This document shows, in pieces, positions 37,252 to 49,599 of a DNA stretch of 64,000 bases. Location: positions 124,001-188,000 of the forward strand of contig QPMI01000103.1 in the NCBI GenBank assembly GCA_004431415.1, in the 5' to 3' direction. The stretch's first letter is position 1. Every line of letters begins with the position of its first letter. A program made the position numbers and the translations under genes. This stretch comes from Cyanophora paradoxa CCMP329 (lineage: Eukaryota > Plantae > Glaucophyta). The notes beneath the pieces were generated by a model. It searched no databases. It was not told where the DNA came from and was given only the letters and a program-made list of their open reading frames with translations.

Positions 37252-40200
37252 ATGCCGCCGGCCGCTCAAGGAGTCGTCTGGGAGTCGTGGGGCCAGGTTT
37301 CGCGCGTGACCGGTGAGCCGCCTGATTTCGCGTTTTTCGTCGATCATCGCGGCCCGGTCCCCCGCCCGCCTTCGGTCCAACGTTACTTAACGCGCATCCT
37401 CAGACCATATTGCGGACATCCTGAGGAACTACAGCGACGGGACCTCGATTCTTTACGAGCTCATACAGAATGCGGATGGCGCGCTCAAAAGGCTTAAAGG
37501 GCTCTTAAGCTTCTAAACGAGGATCTTAGCTCATCCAGCGACCCCCTGAAATCGTGGTTTCCGGATCCTGCTGATTTCGCGCGCTTTTGTGCCATGCCGA
37601 TTGCGCAGACGCGGGAGCGAAGGTCGTTCGGTTTGTGCTGGACACGAACACGTACTCGAGCGATGGACCTATTCTCCACCAGAACATGGCCGCCTGGACG
37701 GGGTTCGCTTCGGCGTCGGCTCTGGATCAAATCTGCCTTCCGCGCGGCTCACCGCCTCTCGCGCCCCGCCCAGGCCGGCTCTTTATGCGTACAACGACGC
37801 GACGTTCACGGCTAGGGACTACGAGAGCCTCCAGATGATCGCGTGCATGGGAAAGGTGCTCGACTCCAGATCAAATCAGCGGTCGCACGACTGGGAATCT
37901 GACCCGCACGCAGGTTCAGGACCCAACGAAGACAGGTGTGCACGTTGTCCTTCTGCCCCGCCCGGCCCGCTGCGCGCCGCCTCTGATCATGACTCGGTAC
38001 CTGTGATCTCGGCGCGTCCGCAGGAAAATTCGGGGTTGGATTCAATAGCGTCTACCATCTCACGGACGTCCCTTCTTTCGCGTCGGGCGATTGCGTCGCT
38101 TTCTCAGGTGCTGGACCTTTCTCTGCCTCCCCCCCCCCGACCGCCCCCCCCTCCTCTTGAGCTTGCGCCCGCTGAAGGCTTTGCAGACCCCCACTGCTCC
38201 TTCGTGCACCCAGGCCAGCCTGGCCTCCGCATCCCGCTCTCCGAGGCTCGGCGCTTCCCGCAGCAGGTCCCGAGTTTCTTTACTCGACCTCTCTTTTTTC
38301 GTATACGTAGCCGATGCCGCCGCAGTTTGCTGCGTACGACATTCTGTCCAAGCTCCCCGGGGATGCGAGCTGCCCGTTCTTCCAGGGCCCCTCCTTCCAG
38401 GGGACCCTCTTCCGCTTCCCGCTCCGCTCGGCCGCCCTCGCCCAACGCTCCAACATCAAGCAGGAGCCCTGCACTCCCGAGGCCGTCACGGTGCCCCCCC
38501 CCCCCCCTCCCCCCCAACCCCCCCCAACCCCTCCCCCCCCCCCACCCCCACATACACACACCCACCCACCCACTCCCACCACCCCGCTCCCGCCCCAACC
38601 CCCCCCTCCCCCCCCCTCCCCCCCCTCCCCCCCCTCCCTCCCCCCCCCCTCCCCCCCCCCCCCCCCCCCCCCCCCCCCCGCGCCTCCCTTTCCTCCTGCT
38701 ACGTCCCCGCGCCTTTCCCGTTTGCCTTGGCCACCTCACTCGACCCCAATCGATCTCTTCGCCGTAGGAGCTTTTAAGCTCGCTGCGGGACCACGCGGCG
38801 AACGCGCTCCTCTTCCTCCGCTCCGTCGAGCGCATCGAGTGGTACGACCATCGCCCCGGTGCGCGCTCGCACTGCCCCTGCTCCCGCTCCGCTTATAATT
38901 AGTTGCAACCGCAAATGAAATAGTAAACATGGCGCAGGCTGGGACGCTCCGCGGCTCCGCTTCACGTCGGGCTTCTCGGCCGCCAGCCTCGCCGGCGTCC
39001 GCGACGCGCGGGGCGCTTTCCTGCGCCGCCTCCGCGCCCTCGGGACCAATCCCGTGCGCCTGTCGCGGTTATAATTAATCCTGCTTTACATTTTCGCAGC
39101 TGACGCACGCCACAGGTTGGGGAAGCGGAGCAGTACTACTGCGTTGCAGTGGTTCGAAACCTCGAGCGCTCCCGTACTTTTGCAAAGCTTAAGTGTCATT
39201 TTCGCGCAGATCGAGACGCTCGCCCAGGACGAGACGGGCAAACAGATCAACGGGGGCCAGGCGCCTCACCTCTGGACTGGGTCCTCCGAGTGGCACATCC
39301 TTCAGCAGGCTAGCCTGATTCACCTTGTCCATTCGTCTCTCTCTATCAATAAATTCGCGCGCTTGCTTGTTTGTATACGTAGCTCGGTGGTGGCAAGGCT
39401 TCGGAGATTGCCCGGGCTGCGCCGACGCAGCTGCGCCCCATCGGAGGCGTAGCACTCTGCCCCGGCCAGCGAGTTCAGGTTCGTATCGCTTACTTGTTTC
39501 AAGTTTTCGCGCCGCGCGCGCGCTAGAGCTTGTCGTTATTTTGCAATTTGGGCGCGCAGGGCCGGGCCTTCTGCAGCCTCCAGCTCCCCATCTCCACTGG
39601 ACTCGCCTTTCATGTGAACGGCTTCTTGTGCGTCTCATTTTGCGCCTTCGAATAAATATTCTCCGCCCTCTCACTGCGGGCGTCTCAGCGACATGCCCTC
39701 CAACCGCCGCCAGATCAACACTGAGACGCACGAGGCAGCAGTCCCCTGCCCCGGCCTTCGGCCTCGCTGAACCTCGCACCTTATGATTAAATTTGATTAG
39801 GGCCGCGAGGATCACGGCGCCACCTGGAACAAGGCCCTCGCGGCGGACGTCATGTGCGCCTTCAAGACAATAAAAAGCTAGAACGTTCGCGATCTGATCG
39901 CGGGCTACAGCGCCCCCGCCATGGTGGAGCTCTTTCGCCGCCTGCGCGGGACGGCCGCCCCGACGCAGGAGGCCGCCGAGGCCCTCTACGCGCTGTACCC
40001 GACCCCGCGCACCGTCGAGGGCGTCTACCTGCGCCTCCTCGTCCGCGAGGTCCGTTCGACTCTTCTGCTATCGAATTGCGCCAGTTCATTGCTTCGCGTT
40101 CTCGTCTGACGGGGATTTCGCACCGATGCCAGTTCTACAAGCGGGCCTGGTCGCAGCCGCTCTTCTACGCAAAGCCGTTGGTGGACGGCCCCCGCACGCT

Positions 40201-43200
40201 GCCCGCGCAGTGGGTGACGGGTGCGAGCGCCTGTTTCCGCTCGTCGAAGGTGCAAAAATGGCCGCTCGAATTCATGTTTCGCGCTGTGGCCTAATCTCAT
40301 GATCACTCCCTTTCAGACCGCAGTCTCTGCGCCCAAGGCAGAGGACCAAGTTCCGATGATGCAGGCCCGCGAAATTCATACACATCATTACCACGTGCAC
40401 AGAGGTATGCATTAAAATATTCCAGGTGGTCGAGCGAGTGGTAGCCCTCTGGGGCCTGCGCCTGGTGGAGGCGGACGAGATCCTCGTCGACTCGCTCAAT
40501 TCCGTGCGACTTACGGGCTTCCGACGTGACGTCGACTTTAAAATGCAGCCGACGCCGCGGCAGGTCTGTACCTGGAGCAGCCCGCAGGGCATCGTCCGCG
40601 AGGACTCCAATGTCTGCTCTAAATTTGTTTTCGCGGATGGATTTCGCGCTCTGACGCATATGTGCGCGCATGAGCAGGTTCTGAGCTCGACTCTGCTCAG
40701 GCGCGCTCTGAAAGAGCTGTGGCAAGGTGGCAACGGGCCGAAGGCGGACAACTTGACTCTGATTCTCTGCAACGCCGCCGTGCGCAATAAAACATTAACA
40801 CAGCCGATGGCGCAATATTACATTGATGTATTGCATCTTCGCCTCCGCCCGCGAGGGCAGAACAGACGTCGGTCGCATCGCAAAACTCTGACCGGAAACG
40901 CAGGACGTGAACCGCGCTCTCATCTACGTTGCGGCGGATCTTTCGAAGGCCCGCGATGACACTCTCATGGACCAGTTTCGCGGGGTGCATTACACCTGCG
41001 ATTGGTCGAATACATAATTAATGCACAACAATTAAGGTTCTGACGGTACCGGTTTACCTGACCTTCCGCACAGGTACCGCTGATAATCTGCGCAAACGGC
41101 CAGCTACGATCCTTCGGTGGTGCGCTGATTCCTGAAGCGCGAAAAAGATTCGTCCCGTGTCTAAAAAACTTGTGCGTCGTTTAGACTGCCGCTTCATCGT
41201 CCCCGATCAAGGCCCGGTCCTCGAGGTGCGCACTTCAGTAATAATAAATCAATTGCCGACGCCATCAAACCGCGTGCCGGCCGCGGTATCCCGCCTTCGA
41301 ATTCTCCATAGCTAACATTAACGTTCAACCAATCGCGCAACTCGCCTCAGCTATGCGGAAATTCCATCGCCGAGTTCATCAGCATCGAGCAGGTACCAAG
41401 ACGCCCTTGATTCTATATTTGCGTAGTCCTAAGCTGAGCTGCGAAAACTTCGCCAGGCCCAGGACGACCGCTCCGGCATCCTGTCCAACCCGCGGTAGAT
41501 AGCTTACGCGCTGCCCTTCGCGATCGCTGCGATCGCTGTTGCGAGCCTCTTGCAGATTCGGAGCGCCGCTCAAATTGGAGAAATTCACGCCAAAGCTCCT
41601 TCTCGAGCTGCTGCCGCGTCAACTACCAGCCAACTTCCAGAACGATTCGCAGGTCGGCCTCCGGATCCATGCAGCTGAACGCGACCCCGCTATTGCTCAC
41701 GACAGCATTTAATAATTTGAATTTGGTTTGCGCGTAGGTTCCACGTGGCTTGCCCATACTGCCAAGCGGCTCTCCGCTCGGAAACAGCTGGCTGGCCGCC
41801 TTCTGGAGCTACCTCGGACGCGCCTGCACCAAGGCGCGCGCTGCACGCTTTCGCCCGCGTATACGTGAGAAAGGCTTAGTCGTGCGCAGGAGGAATACAT
41901 CCCATTGTTCGGCCGCTGGGCGCTCGTTCCCACGAGCAACGGAGTTTTCATCCGCATTGAAAACGCCAGCTCCATCCTCGCTTCGGACAAATTTGGTCGG
42001 CAAGAAGCGCCCGCGAAATTAAACGAACCCTTCACAATTCGCGTGTCATTATACAAGATTCAAATCGCAGCACGCGGGATGCAGGAGATCCTTGTTAACG
42101 CGGGCTGTCTCGTCTTTGACCGTTCCGTGTGAGCCGCATATCCATAGCATGTGAATGCATGAAGAGTCAGTATTTTAATTAATATTTAAATTCGCCATGT
42201 TTAAATTTGCAGCGGGGGAGCCGTCGAGTCCATCATCACTCCGTTGCTCGCCACGGGCAACGCCGAGGGCCTCGTGCGCACTTTCAACGGTCCAGCCATT
42301 ATATTCTTGTTATTGTTTGACTTGTTCAATGTAGGTGAATGCACTTGCCGGCGTGGCGACGGCTGCCGCGAAACTGCCCGAGTCGAAGAGAATGGTTCGA
42401 ATTCGTAGCGCACGCACGATCGGATTTAAATTTCGCGGAATCTTACATAATTGCGGTTTCGCACCCGCAGGAAGTCCTAAGCTTCGTTGCTGGGGCTGGG
42501 ATCCAGTCTCTATCCACTACCTCCCGGGCCAAGCTGCGCGCCTTCCCCTTCTGGCGGCGTGCAGACGGCCAGGTTTTCGCATTTCGATTAGCATTTGAGA
42601 GTCCGAGATGCCGCTGACGCGCTCCTCAGCTGGGCGTCTGGAAGAAGGCAGGACATTTGTGCTGGAAGGGGCGTACCCTCCAAACGCCGCAGCGGGCCTT
42701 CAGGCGCGGCTTCTTAGTACTCGATGTTTCTCTTGGCAGCGTTTCGGACCGATTCGCAGATTGTGGCCCTTGCTCCATGTGAGGATGGTCGCATCTCCCA
42801 GCTTCTGATCGATCTGGGCGTCAAACGCTACACGTACCCGCTGGCGCGCCCAACAATGATCATGATATCAATAGCACCCCTGCAGGCCTCATCGATATCA
42901 TTTCATCCTTTCTGAACTATTTTCGCAGCTCGTTGCCGACCTCATTCTCCCGTCGATTGAACATTCCGTACTTGGGACTGCGGTGAGTTGACGTCCGCAC
43001 GAGGTTTATAGAAACGCTTCTTTTGCAGCTCAAAAGCATCTTGCAGCCTCCGCGGGGCGGCATGGCGAACGTGCAGCGCCTCGCGCCGCAGGATGTGCAC
43101 ACAATTTCGATGGCTCTTCTCTCCAACTTTACGGTACCGCGCTGCAGAGTTCCCGGGATTTCACGTTTTCGCACCATAAATTAAAAGTTTTCGCAGGCTT

Positions 43201-46200
43201 TGCGCGACGCCGGTGGCAGCGTGCTTGACCGTCTAAAAAAGACACCATTCATTTTAAGCGGAGCCGGCCACTTCAAACTCGCGTCCGAGCTTCTTCACCC
43301 TGAGGATCCCCTGCTCGCCGAGCTCTTCCAGTACGTTCGCTCGCACTCGACGCCAAACATAGATCTGCACATTTCGCGCCCTGCCGATCGCGATCGACCC
43401 CGTTCGCATCCACCCGCAGCGGGACTCAGGCCGCCTTTCCTGCGGCCACCTACGCTCCTTTCCTGGCCGAGGTCGCCGAGTGCGGTCTGCTGTCCACCAG
43501 GTTCGGCCGCTCTAGATCTAATGTTCTTTTCGAAACATTAATATTCTAGCATTCTCATGTACATGTCCCCTTTTCGCAGCGCGGAGCAAATCGAGCCCGC
43601 TCTAATCGTGCACTGCGCCGAGCGGTTGGCTGCCCTTGGCGGCCACGCAAATGCTCTACACCCCGAATCACTATCGAACCTGCGCCGGATTGCACGGGAA
43701 GTCGTTTCGTTGCTTCTCCACGTGCGCTCCAGCGTTTCGTTCTTTTTAAATTTAGAGCATCGATATCTCATGACCAATGAGGTCCCCACGCGTATGCCAG
43801 AAATGCAACCTTCAGCAGCGCGCAAAGCCGGAGCAAGTACAGAAGCTCAAGGATCTCGCATTTGTCCCGCCTCATGTGTACGGAGCGGTCGCCGTTGAAA
43901 ACGCGCGCAATTGCAACCATGCTCGTGCATCCCTCGGACGAATGGCTGCAACACATGCTGATGCTGTCGTCGCTCCATTCGGCGAGTTCACATTCAAACA
44001 CGATACTCGCGCCCTGTACAAGTTCTCCGAGCTCGAAGTTGTAGACTGTGCGTCCACTATTTTAATGTCGATCGACGTTTGGCTGGCAGGAGAAAATTTC
44101 CGGTTGTATTAAATATATATAACTTGTGCGCCGTGTCGTGCAGATGCGTCGCTGGTTGGCGGAACCATGCCGCTGTTGGATGCAGCATGCAGCGTATCTG
44201 CTCGTGACGTCCCATCCGCCCTTGGCCTTGCCCACCCTCCGCCACTACACTTGGTGCTTGAAAATCTGAAGGTGCGGACTGAGCTAGGAGTATTCTTAAG
44301 CTTTGCGCATGCGCTTTTGTTAACTTGAAACCGCTGCGCTCACATGCACAGAAAGGCCGAGACGCCTTTGCTGTCGCATTTCAGGAGCTCGAGGTGGATC
44401 GCCAAAAAACTCCAGAGCCTGTCACCCGCCGGCGGCGACGGTCCGATGTCTCGCAGCCACTGCGAGCCTTTGCATTTGCATTTGCATTGCAGGCCTGGCG
44501 ATGCCAGAATGCTGATTTCATCCCATCGCCAGGGTGCTCAAGGCGTTGCGCGAAATGCTTAGGCATCTCGAAGGGCGAATTGGCGACGAAGCTTCCGAAC
44601 CCTTCAAAATGGTGGCGGTTAGTGGGCGCTGCTTCTATATAATTAGGACGCTTCCTGTATTCTGAATTGCATCTGTTTGTTTAACTTGGCAGGAATGCCT
44701 GCGCCATGGCGGCCCTGGTGGATCCCCGTTGCAATGCTTCCCCACTAAAGGTGAAGGGTCCCCGGCATGTCGCTCGGACCGCGCGCGGCACTGCGTTTGT
44801 TCTGAAGACGTCGGCATCGCAGGGGCCGGACTCACGATCATTGTCGATAGCACTGAACTCGTGCGTCTAGATCTATACCTATCTTGGCGCAACCCCGGCC
44901 GCACATCCACATTAATGTCTGCTTGCATTTCTGCAGGCCGTCTCTAATGGCGCTCCCCCGCTTGTCTACGAGCTCGATAGCGATCTCAACAGTGTAAGTT
45001 CAGCAAATTAGCTAGCGCTGTTTCCGTATGTTGACTCTGATGGCGTCCAAATTTCCGCCCTCGCGCGCGCAGCTACAGAATATCATCAAAGCCGCGCAAA
45101 TTAAACAGAAGCCCGACCCCATGCAGCTGAAAGACCGACTCAAAAGAATGCATGTACGCGATCGCTATGATTTCTTGCTGAATTGCATTTCGAAAGGCAG
45201 ATCTAGACGTCGACCTCTAACTATCGGAGCTGTACATGTACCAGGCGCATTATGCTCAACTCGGGCAACCGATTCCAGAAGAGTTCTACGGACCTGTCTG
45301 CAGCGTGCGACCTTGGTCTCTGCCTTTACACCAGGTGCTTGCAATTGATGACCGAGCAAGAGCAGGTGCTGGATCGGATCGTCGAATTCGCTCGAAAGGA
45401 AGGGAAGCAAAGAGAACTCGTCGCTGCCAATCTACCGGTACCAGACAAGGTGAGAAGCCCAAGCTTCGTGTTAATTTTATAAGACAGAGCTGCGATTCTG
45501 ACTCTCTCTTCAAAATCGTTTTCTCGCATGTGCACAGTCAAGATATCTCCGACTGGCGTCCGAATGCGGTGCGCAACGTTCACGCGCACGTGCTTGCGAA
45601 AGTCGACGTCGCGCTGCAGTGGTCGTAGACGCGCGCTGGCTGGCCGAAAGAGTAAGCGCTGATTGAGCGCAAGAAAAAATCCGAATCTTTTTTTGAGCGC
45701 TTATAATATTGTGCTGAATATTAATTGTCTTTAGGTCAAGATGGACCTTGTCCCGGAGGCCGGGGTGCCGGAGGTAACCGCTCTCGCCCTCGGCTGCCGC
45801 CCGCTGACGAAGGTCTGGAATTTTATGTACATATCTCTGGAGCAAAACAATATTTTTTAATTGACGGCTTCCTAAAGGCGATTGTGGAGCGGCTTCCGCC
45901 CGACTTTCGCCCGGTGGAGATGGTTGCGGAAAAGGCGAAGTGGGAATCATGGGCCTCGACGATCCGTTCTGCGGTGCTCTTGTCCCGTTTTCGTCAACAA
46001 TTAATATTTATGGGCTGTCTGACGTTAGTACTGCGCACGCGCACGTGCTCGGCCATGGCAGCAATTTGGAGAGGGCCTGGCTCGGCTTTTCCGCCACCGC
46101 AATCCGGAAAGCGCTGACCCTTCAGAAGATCAGCTTGCAGTGTTAAGAAAGCTTCATGTTGTGGTCGTGCGCTTCATGATCACACTTTCTCCACCGCAAG

Positions 46201-49200
46201 TACTATTCGAGAAACGAGTGCCGCGCGCGCGCTGCAGGTTCAGCGCCTGCCGACGGAACTCTTTCTAACAATTGGAAAGAACTGTACCAACGTCACTCGT
46301 CACGGTCCTCACGCCTTCGATGCTTGCCAATGCCAGAGCATGCGCATGCGCAGCTTACGCTTAATTTTCGCAGATGCTGGAAAGGATTCAACGGACTATC
46401 TGATTTATGACGACCAGCTCAAAGCCGCCGCGATCTACCTTTGCCGCGGCAGCCGCGGCAACGCCAGCCACTTGCGCTTCGAACCCATCCTCGCGTCTGC
46501 GCTCTCATTCAATCTCTTTTATCAGCGTCTTTCATTTAAAGCGGGTCAATGCAGGAACCGTGTGAAAGTGCTGCTTGAGCGCTTCGGTCGCTGCGAAATC
46601 GATGTCATGGTTCTCGCGGAGATGCTCAGCGCTCCGCCCTCGGAAATCCACGAGCTCCTGTGAGCTTTAAATTTCTTATTCGCGATTCTTTTATAGCCCG
46701 TGTTTTGTGTTGGCGGCCGACAGCGCCGCGCAGGGACTTCCACAAAATCACGGACCTGCCTGGACGCCGAGCGGAGATCGACCCCGCAGCAGAACTGAAT
46801 CCTCAAGTGCGTCGATCTTCTGAAACCAATATAATATATTACATACTATTATCAGTACTACCCCAGGGTGCTGCACTTAGCAGCCCGATCCTCATGCTGG
46901 GTTCGTGGCATGCGCAGCCGCCGGCACGGGTCATCGATTTCAGCGCGGCGGGACCGATCGCGAGTGGAGCGGGTGCGGGATCGAACTCCGCCGGGGCCAG
47001 ACACAGCGCCGCCGCAAGTGAAGGGAGGCCGAGCTCAAGTTCAAGCGTGGCTGGGTCGACTGTCAGTTCGAGCCCCGGGCAGGGCCCAGCGAAGCGGGAC
47101 CCGTGGCCGGCAATCAGGCTGCCGTCAAAGTAGAACCGGCTGCCGCCGGGCCGAGCGCGAGTGCGGCCGACCCAAGTACTAGTGCTGCCGGACCGAGCAA
47201 CGCAGGGCCGCAGCCGCAGCCGCCGCCACAAGAGCCGCAGCAGCACGACCAACTGCAGCCGGCTGCAGCTGCAGCTGCAGGCGCCGGCGGGGACGTCGAC
47301 TGCGGGGACGATCGCGAGGACGAGGCGTTCGAGGACGCGCACGAGTACCACGAGCACGACCACAGCGACCGCGACCGCGATCCCGTCGAGGTGCACGTGC
47401 ACCGCCACGTCGACGTGCGGGTCGAAGGGGGCGCCGGCCGCGACGTCGACGCGGCGGACCGCATCGTCGGAGAGAACGAGCGCCTCGCGCGGCTGATGCG
47501 CGAGGGGGTGCGCCCACATGCGCATGCTGTTGCATTCCTGCTCGACCCAACTGAGAGATGCGCGCAGATGGCGATGGGCGGCGGGCTGGGGCAGAGCATC
47601 CACGAGGCTGCGAAGAGCTTCATGATCCACAAGTGCACCGTCGTGAAGAACGAGGAGATGAACCTGTCGGCCGTCGGGGGGATCGGGCCGCCCCATTTTC
47701 AGGCGATCACCATTTCAAAATAATTCGAAGCTCGTCTTCAACAGCCTCATGACGGCTGAATTCTCGCGCAGATTTACGTCGAGAACGGGCGCTACAACCT
47801 CGACGACGTCGAGGTCGCCCTCAAGAACTGCGGCCTCTTCCACCGGTCGGCGCGATCTTCTTCGCGAATCGCGCGCTCGAGCTCGCAGCCGACATCCTCC
47901 CTCTCACGCCTCTGCGGCCGCAGCCTCCTGGTCGACCTGTCCGAGGCGCTCGAGGTGGACTCGGCCGCGAAGCCCGGCTCCATCAACGTCTTCCTGGAGA
48001 ACACCGTGCGCCCTACAGATCTTTCGTCGCGCCGCAAACTTTAAAGGACTCACGCGAAAGCGATATCAATTAACAGAGCAGAATCGCGTTCAACAAAGGG
48101 AACACGCTCTTCTTCAACATCCATTACTCCAACAGGATGGGCCATGCCGCTCCATCCATCGAGGCGCAGCGCAAAGCGGCCTACTTCTGGTCTCTCTTTT
48201 TCACACCCATGGCCCAGAAATTCAAGAAATAGTCGTGCACTTGTTTTTATTCCAAGACATGCATATGCGCAGGTACATCACCTTCTGCCACGAGCTCGCC
48301 CACAACGTCGCTTCCGGGCACGACAAAGACCACGAGTGCTCCCTCCTGAATTTCGCGCCGCCGCCATTGCCCACGGGTTTTTCGCGCAGATTCGCAATGG
48401 AAACCATCATGTGGTCGTGCGCTCTCTGTCGTATACATGGCTTTTGCAACAACATATTAATGCTGCTCGTGCGCGTTGCAGGAGCATGGATCGCTTTTTC
48501 AGCCTGGTTCGCCGTCTTTCGTTGATTGTAATCTGTGACTACTAACAGCAATCAGGTGCAGAAGATTGGAACAGCCAGCAACGCTCCTCTGAATTCGAAG
48601 CGGCACAACATCGACCCTCTGGCCGTCGGCAAGGCCGCCCAAGCTGTCAAGCTGCACGCGCACGCGGAGGTCGCCGAAGCGCGTCAGGGCGCCGAATTCG
48701 AAACTCTTCAGGCCGCCGCCGCCGACAAGGAGAACGCCGCCGCGCGTGCGAATATCAACCCTCGAGCTCCGGCTGCCATGGGCGCCGGGGCCGCTGGAAT
48801 CCCCGCGGCTGCTGGAAACGCAATTGCAAGCGCCGCTGCAGCTGCAGCTGCGGCCATCGACGACATCGACGACGACGCCGACGCCGACGACGACTGCATG
48901 ATCATCGACACCCCGCCGCGCCCGCCGCCGCCGCCGCCGCAGAGCGCCGCGCGACCGGCTCGCAACGGGAAAGCTCCCGCGGCGGCCCCGCTCGCTGGTG
49001 CGGCGCCGACGCGCACGCGCCGCCAGCGCCCTCGACCCGTTCCTCTTCTGAAACGGGCCGGCCGCGGGCCGGGGGGCCTCAGCTCGCCCGCAAAATGTTG
49101 AGGCTATCCTCCGCCAGCTGCAGGAGATGGGGTCTGATTTCGATTTGCACTCGAGCTCAAATCTAATGCTTTTCTCTCGACGGCTCTGTAGATCTCACGC

Positions 49201-49313
49201 GCTCTGCCCGCACGCGCAGCTTCACGGACAGAGAGCGCAACCGGGCCGGGCTGCAGCGGGCGAACTACGACCTCGACGCGGCGATCGACATCCTCATGAA
49301 CCCCGCCTGTTAG
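37252..49313 (+). CDS. Sacsin-like GHKL/HSP90-type ATPase with C-terminal HExxH metallopeptidase and UBA domain (many exons; possibly decaying)
   Basis: ILRNYSDGTSILYELIQNAD, GPALYAYNDATFT, GKFGVGFNSVYHLTDVPSF, GTLFRFPLR, LFLRSVERIE, WNKALAAD (sacsin repeat); IAFNKGNTLFFN...FWYITFCHELAHN...HDKDHE; LQEMGFTDRERNRAGLQRANYDLDAAIDILMN (UBA). Continuity across the middle exons was not fully verified. Confidence 0.8.
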
Positions 49314-49599
49314 CTGCAGAGCAGCGTCCAGGCCGATGGGATGTCGGATCAATTTGAACTCGCACCAGATGCTTCGAATTCGCACTGTAATTCGCGCTCT
49401 CGAGCGACTCTTTGTCTCTTTATTATCGCTTTATCGCTTTATTATAAGCTTCCCTATAGCTATAATCAAGGTCGCACAGCTTTGATACCTTTTCCCTGCA
49501 CTCTTTTCCTGGATCCCCCGGATCTTTCGCATGCATTTCACCCCTCGGCACGCATTCGCATTATTTTCGCAGCCGCCATGGCCAGGCCTAGGGACGACG

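Noticed and set aside
38490-38690. Long poly-C tracts (also ~1060-1120, and poly-G at ~29527 and ~36015)
   Set aside because: Low-complexity intronic/UTR tracts of unreliable length; no specific function supportable.
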